Made by a program: the position numbers and the translations under genes. A stretch of DNA of 57,972 bases, filler included, from Ionaspis alba (Eukaryota): NCBI GenBank assembly GCA_964255285.1. It is 3 parts of 3 records of this genome, joined end to end, with 100 filler letters (N's around TTAATTAATTAA, not from the genome) between each part and the next. Parts side by side here need not be neighbours in the genome. Positions count along the whole stretch, not along the records: positions 38,725 to 57,972 come from CAXUUL010000271.1; 2 more parts are not named here. The stretch is one strand, 5' to 3'. The notes under the pieces are model-generated. The model ran no database searches. It was not told the origin of the DNA and worked only from the letters and a program-made list of their open reading frames with translations. This document shows, one piece after another, positions 49,335-57,972 of this stretch (positions within the stretch are counted from its first letter, which is position 1; the number at the start of each line of letters is the position of its first letter).

Positions 49335-51406
49335 ATGGACACCGAGGACTCCCCTTGGGGAGGTGAGACGCCTATGACATCAAGTAATGTTCTCTGACTG
49401 ATCAGGAAATTCAGATGTCCCGTCGAGATCAAGTTCTCATACCAATCTCCCTAAAGCCTCCGAGCCTGAAGAACAAGGTATACGATCTAGGAAATATCTT
49501 GACGCCGTATGGACTCTAATCTGCTTCATAGATAGTTCGAAGAGCAAGCCCACTCCCAGCACTCTTTCCGCATCCACTGCCCCAAAATCTCCCAGTAGTC
49601 GAGGACCCCGGACACCTAGAACACCCCGGCGAGTCGAAGCGCAACCAACACGACTTGAAGCTCTAGATGATTCCTTCGACCCCCTTGGCCCGCTGGGAGA
49701 GAGCACTACTCTACAAACCGAACCCTCTCCCTCACCCGCACCTACTCCACCATCGAAAGAACAATCGCTGCCTAATCGAAATGCCCGGCCTACCTCCTCG
49801 GCTGCGAATTCCAGGATGAGCAGTAGCATGATGGACTCGGTAGACTTAGGGGATGATGTACAGACACAAGGACCAAGGGCACGGCATCCACCGCCTGTAC
49901 AGCCGCCGCCTAGTGGAATAGAAAACCAGAGGAGGCAGAACCAACCGAGTGTCAGTATTGAGCAAGCTGCGAAGCCAAGATTTGATATTACGGTGGGAGA
50001 TCCGCACAAAGTGGGAGACTTGACAAGCAGTCATATCGTGTATCAGGTGCGGACTTTGGTAAGTCATAACCCAAGTCTACACCATTACCGCACCCGAGAT
50101 TGACAATTGCCTGCAGACAACCTCGAAAGCCTACAAACAACCCGAGTTCGCTGTCAGTCGGCGCTATCGCGACTTCCTCTGGCTCTATACCTCTCTACAC
50201 AACAACAATCCCGGCGTCGTGGTACCCCCACCTCCCGAAAAACAAGCCGTTGGCCGGTTCGACACCAATTTCGTCGAGTCGCGCAGATCGGCACTGGAGA
50301 AAATGCTCAACAAAACGGCCGCACACCCGATATTGCAACATGACAGTGATCTGAAGATCTTCCTTGAGAGCGACGCCTTCAACATGGATGTCAAGCACCG
50401 GGAACATCGCGAACCAGGGCTTGGGGAGAGCAAGGGCATGTTCAGCGCTATCGGGTTTGGGAGCAGCACTAGTGGCAAATTTATCGAGCACGACGATTGG
50501 TTCCACGACCGCAAGATCTACCTCGATGCACTGGAGATACAGCTGAAAGGCCTGCTCAAATCGATCGACTCTGTCGTTACGCAGCGCAAAGCCCTAGCCG
50601 AAGCAGCCGGCGACTTTTCAGCTTCGTTACACGCGCTGGCCGCTGTGGAGCTCTCGCCTTCACTTTCCGCTCCACTGGTCGGCCTGTCAGACCTTCAGCT
50701 GCGCATTCGCGAGCTCTATGAGCGACAAGCTCAGCAAGATGTTCTGACACTCGGCATCACGGTCGACGAGTACATCAGGCTGATATCCTCGATCAAAACA
50801 GCATTCACGCAGCGTCAGAAATCCTTCCACACATGGCATGCGGCTGAAGCGGAGCTGCAGAAGCGGAAATCAACGCAGGAGAAGGTGCTTCGGCAGGGGA
50901 AGACGCAGCAGGATCGATTGAACCAGCTGCAGGCGGATGTGAGTGATGGGGAGCGGCGATGTCATCAAGCGAGGTTGCTGTTCGAGGATATGGGACGATT
51001 GATGAGGGCGGAGCTGGAAAGGTTCGAGCGGGAGAAGGTGGAGGATTTCAAGAGTGGAGTCGAGACTTTCTTGGAAGGGGCTGTGGAGGCGCAGAAGGAG
51101 GTTCGTTCTCACCTCCCGATGAAATTTGGCAAGGTAGTCGTGGATCCGTCATGCTGACTTCTGTTGTAGCTTATCGAGCTCTGGGAAACCTTCCTCATGC
51201 AACTGGATGCTGATGAAGACGATGACGCCCCTTTCTTCAAGCCTGCTGTGGTGCATACGGAACCTCTTATACCTAAAGGACGAGATGTGCAACCTACGGC
51301 TGCAAAAGGCGAGCAGGCGGAGGAACGGCCGAGGACGGAGGCTGGAGATGCTTCACATGAAGCTGCCGTCGCAGCGGCGACGACTACGGTGGAGGAAGAG
51401 GAGTAG
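49335..51406 (+). CDS. VPS5: Retromer sorting nexin (PX-BAR)
   Basis: ITVGDPHKVGDLTSSHIVYQV, VSRRYRDFLWLY, PPPPEKQAVGRF; BAR region ending ERFEREKVEDFKSGVETFLE...LIELWETFL. Confidence 0.94.
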
Positions 51407-51805
51407 GATTACCGAACTAGTCTAGTTGATAGTATCTGAGGCGGAAAAACCTATAGCATGGTATGGGAAGATCTGCTAAGGTGACGGATGGAATCACTGG
51501 GTACGGGTGTACGAGGTTCGCAGTGTATATATTCACCTTGGTATTGATAACCCTGAGGGGTGCGGAGAGCTGTTCCAAGGAGGCCAGAGGGAGCATTTCC
51601 TCCCGAGAAAGGGACATTTGTGGTTACGTAAAAGTATTATTTACATGGTAATTGTGAACCTACTCCACGAGACTTCCTTTTCACTCCGAAAGCGCGCTCA
51701 TGGCGACGACCTGCTCTAAATAGTCGTACTTAACCCTCATTGGTGCTACCACTTCCAGTGCAAGGGCGTAGTTCGATCCAAGCAGAAAATGAGATACATT
51801 ATAAT

Positions 51806-52814
51806 TTATAGTACAAGTCTGCCAGGATCAACTTGCAATATCGTCTTCACCCTCTCCAGAAACACTCTCGCCCTCTTCTCCTCTCCCTTTGGCGCGCTGA
51901 CGCTGAAGACATTCGTTGCAGGTGCCGAACTCGATCCAGCCACAGCACCTTGTGGCGGGACCCTGAGATCCAGTCTTGGTGCCGAAGACTTCTTGCTTGT
52001 GAGCATGTCTATGATATCCGGTTTTCTCGACGGTTCTTTCCGCACTGGAGGATTGGCTAAAGGGAGCGCAACAATTTGAGGTGTGAAGCTCCCATTCGCC
52101 GTGCTCGAAACCTTATGAAGGCCAAGGACTTGATTAAACAGCTCATCTGCGGTGGGTTTTGCGGTTTGTGACCTCGGAAGGCCGAGATTGGAGACTTCAA
52201 TGGCGCGGCTTATGAAGGTTTCGAGAGGGACATCGATGCCTAGGGTGTTGTATATACGGTCCTGGACTTCTTTGACGGCTTTAAAGGAGATGGAAACCGC
52301 GATCTCCGTGTCAACTTCCGCTATGGGGAGTGGAGCTTCTGCTACGGCTGCTTTTGTGGCTGGGCTAGTACTGGGAGGTGCTGGTGGTGCGATCTTGATG
52401 TTGCTGAGGTCGAGGTGTTCGAGTTTCGAGATTCGAGCTGTCTGCTCGGAAGGATAGGATTTACTGATTGTACCAAGGTAAGCGAGGACATCACCTTTCA
52501 GGAGACGGCCTTTCGGGCCGCTGGCAGGGATTTTGTCCGCATCGCTGGTTGGGATGTTGTGTTCGTGGAGGAGTTGGGCAACGGAGGGGTAGAGAGGGTA
52601 CGTCTGTTTCGAGGGCTGGCCGGCGGACTGAGATGAGACATCTGCTAAAAGCCTGGTTTGGCTTTGGAAGCCTGTAGAAGTCCATGTGTTAGTGGGCCCT
52701 TCAATGGGAATTTGGGTCGAGGGATTGCTGGGCACCTGTGGAAGCTCCATAGCGGCCGAATTGCCTGCTCGATATTCTGGCCAATTCTTTGTAAGTAGTA
52801 GTTAACGACGCCAT
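51806..52814 (-). CDS. PDX1: Pyruvate dehydrogenase protein X / E3-binding protein, lacking a lipoyl domain
   Basis: Exon 1 is a presequence (MASLTTTYKELARISSRQFGRYGAST). After one intron come the PSBD LYPSVAQLL..IPASGPKGRLLKGDVLAYLG and the fungal core-binding region PTADELFNQVLG...FLERVKTILQVDPGRLVL. Confidence 0.85.
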
Positions 52815-53051
52815 CATCGATCTTCAAACGCAGTCCAGGACCTCCCTTTTTACTGCTGGACGACTTTGGGATGCTGTGCACAATCAGCGGAGCTTGAGGA
52901 AATGTTGGGGGGCAGGAAGGAAGTCAATCAAGAGCTAAGGCATGCTTAATCATAGGGCTTAGCCCCGAAAGTTGACTTTCTATTGACTCCAAGCAAATTT
53001 TAACAGCATGATCGGTCGTCTGCAGAACGTTTTCTCGAGCAACTGACAAAT

Positions 53052-54007
53052 ATGTGGTCCTTGCGGTGGCTACAGCCTGCTGCTGGCTCACAGCACCAAG
53101 CTCGTCAGCTTTTCTATGGATTCAAAATACAATGGCCACGACCCCGAACTTTTGCCTTAAGTACTCGTCGGTTGGCAAACAAAAGACCTCCACAACCTGC
53201 GAAGAAAGCCAACGCAGTTATGCAGAAGAGCTCGCGAACAGCTCCTGCAGGCAGAAGCTCTGGAGGGGGATACAAATCCTTTTCTGATGTACTCGCAGCG
53301 CGTCCGTCACCAACACTGCTCTATCAATCAAGTTCCCCAATCCTTTACATAACCGGCTGCTATATCCTGAGTGGATTCTGCTTCGGATATGCTGGCTGGA
53401 ATTTCTATAGCACATATCTACACCCGCCAGAAATGATTGGGTATTGGATACCAATTATGGTCGGCGGAGTCTGCGTTGCGATGGCGTTCTTTGGGACTTG
53501 GCTGTTCTTTGGAGTAAGGTTCCTGTCTCAATTGGTCGTGATCTTCTAACGTTCGGTTAGGCTTATCGGATCGTACGTACAATTGTCGCTGTTCCACCGT
53601 CGTCGCAGAGTAGTGGACCGAGACGTCTCATGGTTCAGATCGATAGTGCAGAAATGCTTCCGAGAATCAAGCCTAGAACAGTGATGGCACCATATGATGA
53701 TATCTTCTTGTCGGAGCACATTTTCATACCTCCGGTGGTGCTTTCACCTGCTGAGAAGGCCGAAGTTCGAGCTCAGGAAGATCGCATGCGTGAGATTGAA
53801 AGATCGAAGATATTGACTCTACCTTTTCGTCAAGCTAGCTACTGGACCTGGAGAGGCTTCAAAAACGTACAAAATATCTTGTTCAAGGATAGCTTTGTGT
53901 ACATGCAAGTAAAAGGCAAAAATGCCACATTCAAGCTTGATCGTAATGCGGCTTGGGCTCTGGACGAAGGACGTGCATTGGATAGGCTTCTGCAACACAG
54001 GCTCTAA
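53052..54007 (+). CDS. Uncharacterised predicted mitochondrial two-TM membrane protein
   Basis: Arg-rich presequence-like N-terminus and two hydrophobic segments; intron GTAAGG..CTAAC..TAG at ~53514-53560 joins ORFs 53052 and 53630. Confidence 0.75.
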
Positions 54008-54305
54008 GTGCCATCTTCAATACTTGCCCCGGCTCCCTGTCAGTTCTTTGATTTTCGCTAAGCGTGAATGTATGTTCCCTTCAACGTCTATCATATTCGC
54101 ATTTCTTATCTCGCAGACCAAAATACACTGGGAGAGTTGTACGTGATTGCACGTTGTATCATCGTACAGCACTGCAACTACTGTCTCGATATTATTGCTA
54201 CAGCATCTGCTTTGTGGACTCGTCGACATAAGAATGCCACTTGGGCGACATAGAGAACCGGGCTACAAGTCATCCAGAAATGGTCCAGGTAGTCTGACCG
54301 AATAG

Positions 54306-55898
54306 GATCCGCAATCGGCACCACCTCAGGCACCTGTATTCCCTTCTCTGGCCGTTCCGTTCATCGCCGTTGCCAATGTCGCCCAGACTGGTCACGGCCT
54401 CTCGAACTCAAACGCGACCAACCCTCCTGGGACCCTCGCTTCATCTAATACCGGAAATTCATTCAGTACTGCTGCGAGCCACACCTCGACGTTTGGTATC
54501 GTCCCTTCTGTGTCTAGTTCTGGTGGCCCTTTTGGAAGCACTTTGAGTGGTAGCATCTTCTCAGGCTGAGGTACTGCTGGTGCTGGAAGCCTGTTCGGTG
54601 ACCCTAGGCCTAGACCACTTTTTGGCACCTGGAGCACAACTGGCTCTGCAAACATGTTTGACATTGCAAATACAGGCAGAATGCTTGTTGACTCCAACAC
54701 CGCCAGAAATGCAAATGGCTTCAACACCGGAGCTACCGGAGGGAACGGTGGCCTCTTTAACAATACAAACGGGGGGTGGACTGGCGGTCTCTTTGGTACC
54801 AGTAACTCCAATGCAACTGGGCCTAGGAATCTCTATCCGCTCTTGGGTCCCTACCATAGTGGCAACACAGGCGCAGCAGGTGGCATCTTCGGCGGCCCAC
54901 CTCCTGTGACAGTAACAAACGGTAGCCTCTTTGTGCCAGGAGGGCGCTCGAGTAACCCTACCGCCACCGCGCCTAGGAGTCTGTTTTCGAACTCAAGTAC
55001 TAGTGGGCTTGTAGGTAGATTTGGCAGCGGCAACAATGGGGCTGGAAATCTTTTCGGTAACGCCAACACGAATACAGCCGGTTGTGGAAGCGTCTTCGGG
55101 TCGGGAAGTCTATTTAACAACGGGAGCACACCTCGGTACGATAACCTATTCATTCATACGAATTTTGTTCCACCGCTCTTCCCACCGCTTCCTAATCCAG
55201 TGAATCACAACTCGCTCGTCAACGTATATGCTACAATTACAGCCATGGCAACCACCGCGCCGATTGGCGGACTTAATAATTTCCTCGGTCCATATCTTAG
55301 TGCTCTTTTCAACATCGCTAACGGGCAATATTCAGCAGGACCCCTCATGCCACAACACAGCGATAAAAGCTATGAAGAACTAGAGCTGGAACGTCGGACA
55401 AGCTTGTTAGTCCTATCTTTAGCGCTTACCCCTCTACACATTCCAAACTGATTTATACAAGGCCAGATTGCCGACCCGTGGTGATAGTTCCGCAGCGCCA
55501 CTGCAGTTGACACGATCAAGGCATACTGTTTAGCAGACAAGCTGGAGGTTTCCCGAACCGAAAAACGCAATTATCGATAAGCTTTACTCTCCTCATGTCG
55601 ACAATCCTTTCCATACCATCCTCACTCCAAGTGTGTCACCTACGCCTTCGGAAATTCTATGCTTGGCTCTCCACTGCAGATACTGATGACGGATCTTTGT
55701 GCACAGGTGGTTATGCATGGAGGGATCAAAGAAGACGAGAAAGGCGAGTGAGAGGCTCTTTTCGAGGAAGATGGTGATCTTGTTAGGAAAGTAATGGCTC
55801 GAGTGGAACAAGGAGAATTGGGACTTGCGACAGGCCCTCAAAAGCTTGCTGAGTACTTGGAAGATGAGAGCAAGGCTGGAAGTCGGAAATCATGGTAG
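54306..55898 (+). pseudogene. Decayed gene: FG/GLFG-like repeats + GLEBS-like motif + C-terminal half of a BTB protein
   Basis: In-frame TGA at 54567 within the FG frame, TGA TAG at 55482-55487, two frameshifts, and TGA at 55749 where the neighbour has Trp. IKAYCLADKL and DGDLVRKVMARV match TYCLATKF and GGDLVVQLMARI of the adjacent BTB gene. Confidence 0.72.
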
Positions 55899-56250
55899 CA
55901 TGCATCTCACAGAAATATGCGCCACTGAGACGGCCCAACGTTTAGGTTGCTCCTGCAGTGATGAAAGACGATGCAGAGATCAGAAGTGTGATATGATGGG
56001 TTTGATGACAGGTGGTGGGCTTCATGCTTCTCTTCTGTGAGCTTCATATATCTCTTACATTAGTGGAGTTGTTTGGAACGAAGTTGAATTAAGGCTGTAA
56101 CTTCCCATCATGCGTCACATCCGTGTTGTGTGTCTAGCCGAGACCGAAACAAACGTTCATTTAGATTTGATAAACACGCATTACACCACGTTATTGTGTA
56201 AGGCCACTCTCCCAACATCTTTTATTGTGACGGATAAGACAATACCACTT

Positions 56251-57130
56251 ATGGAGGAATACACTGATGATGACGAACAGTTGGAGTACGTAGTGTATAA
56301 ATTCTGGAGTGAATGTCAATAACTATACTGATTAGAGAAGACTGTATGAGGAGGCTCAAGACAGCGACGAGGAGCTTCATTCACCGAGAACTAGCATACC
56401 CGCATCAATGTATGGCCTAATCCTAACACCACTCGCGCTCTGTCGCCAACTAATGATTCGAATTACTAGTCTGTCAGGCTGTGATTCTACAGTCAAGGTA
56501 GTCGTTGGTGATCATGCTTGGGGGTCGACATGGCACCTCCATCGTGCGCTCCTCACGAATCGTTCCTTGTTCTTTCGTGCAGCTTTATCGGGCAATTTCC
56601 TGGAGAGCAGTACGAATACAGTCAATCTTCCGGATGAGGACAGCGAGATCTTTGAAATCTTCGTTCAGTGGCTATACTCCACACTTCAAGAAAACAAGTT
56701 TGACATCAAGAGCATCGACTGCAACGTCACTATCGACACTTTGGTCAAGACGTATTGCCTCGCTACTAAGTTTGATTCGCTACCACTTGTCGACTCTGTC
56801 CTGGCCACACTCCACGAGAAACCTGATCTGAGCAAAAGACTGAAGCCCGAAACCCTTCGCTATGCATGGAACAACGTTCACTCGGGAGCTGCACTGCTGG
56901 AGCTGTTGTTAGATACCGTATCTTATGCCATCGCTAAGCGAGAGATTCGTATTGTAGCGGAGGGCGATAGACTTGCGAAAATGAAGGGTGCTACTGAATG
57001 GAGGCAGTTAATAGCTGGTGGCGGGGATTTGGTAGTCCAACTGATGGCACGCATCAATGCCGGCTGTCCAGGAAACGGGAGACGATCGCTCGTCACATAT
57101 CTGCTCAGGGACAAGCCAAAACCCAGGTAA
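56251..57130 (+). CDS. BTB/POZ-domain protein (exon boundaries approximate; may continue past a donor at 57127)
   Basis: VKVVVG..WHLHRALLTNRSLFFRAALSGNFLES..VNLPDEDSEIFEIFVQWLY; short upstream exon MEEYTDDDEQLE. Confidence 0.85.
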
Positions 57131-57972
57131 GCTAACAGTTACTCAACGTCTTTACCCTCGCTGAACTGACGCCTGCGTGACCAGTAAACTAGACAGCAGG
57201 TGAGATTTCACTCCAACTGTTTTCGAATGTGTTCTCGAGCACCATTCTACATGCCCGAGTCAGCTGCTTGTTGTTCTCATCTCTGGCCGTGTGTTGGAGT
57301 AGTTGCAATGACTATCAAACACTCCAGGAAAAATCTGATACAATCACACGTGTGCCCGTCAATGATTTTGCAGAACAGCTGACAAGGTGCCTCCGTAGCG
57401 ATCACCGCCCAAACCCGAACTTTCAAGACTACATGGGACCCTGCACTGCTAGGCCACTGTCGGCAATCGGCAGCAGGACTCAAAGAGACACCCGTCATTT
57501 TGAGGAGACAGATGAGGAGAGCTTGTAGGGATCGGTAGGATTATGGGCCTCTAAACTCTTCAACAATGGCAATTGGGGTGCCGGGTCTGCGTACTTCGAT
57601 CTGGTCGGAAGACAAAGCACGATAGATATTAGTTGAAATATCAATCGTGTTACACCAGAAATGTGGTTCAAGCATTTTTTTCCGACATCTCGGAGCTACA
57701 TTGGCCATTCTCTTGTAATGACTCTCTAACAAGCAGGAATTGCGCAAGCGAGGCAGCTTCACATGCTTGGCAAGTCTTGGAGAAGTTTGAAGTCAATGAC
57801 ATTCCAATTTAAGCTAACAAACCAAGGCGTGCAAACACAAAGAACAAAATCCTATCACATGAATAGCCAATCAATCTATTTGATAACCTATTTACACTGG
57901 CGAAGCTGTCAACCAACAAAGAATCTCGCCCAAAGCAACCCGTCCATCCAGAAACAGACTCCACACCCTATC

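Noticed and set aside
54654..55451. Intact Nup98/Nup116 nucleoporin gene
   Set aside because: No autoproteolytic or Nup96 domain, there is an in-frame stop upstream, and the downstream sequence is a broken BTB remnant.

Overview
Gene-dense, intron-containing genomic window from a filamentous ascomycete (Pezizomycotina, inferred from the GT-AG introns with CTRAY branch points and the protein families). Two 100-bp assembly spacers (N44-TTAATTAATTAA-N44) at 19267-19366 and 38625-38724 split it into three pieces. It mostly holds core genes: cyclin C, SAL1 carrier, TRM2, SmF, RTP1, a TBC protein, telomerase reverse transcriptase (TERT), a DH-BAR-SH3 RhoGEF, a WD40-cyclophilin, ClpP, an RRG8-like gene, TAF5, MED11, VPS5 and PDH protein X. 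A tandem array of small secreted-protein paralogues lies at the left end, and a BTB gene with a decayed GLFG/GLEBS-BTB paralogue at the right end. The main unannotated signal is a ~2.4-2.5 kb telomerase RNA (TER) gene in the stretch at about 15170-17627 (+), which lacks credible ORFs. It shows the template TAACCCTAA, a boundary hairpin, a core-enclosing helix, a U-rich pseudoknot, a CR4/5 three-way junction with P6.1, long-range 5'/3' pairing, and an Sm-like site followed by an ATAAGT 5' splice site and branch point. It lies only ~5 kb from the TERT gene, but an assembly gap between them means the linkage needs confirming. All RNA pairings were found by eye and not computed.
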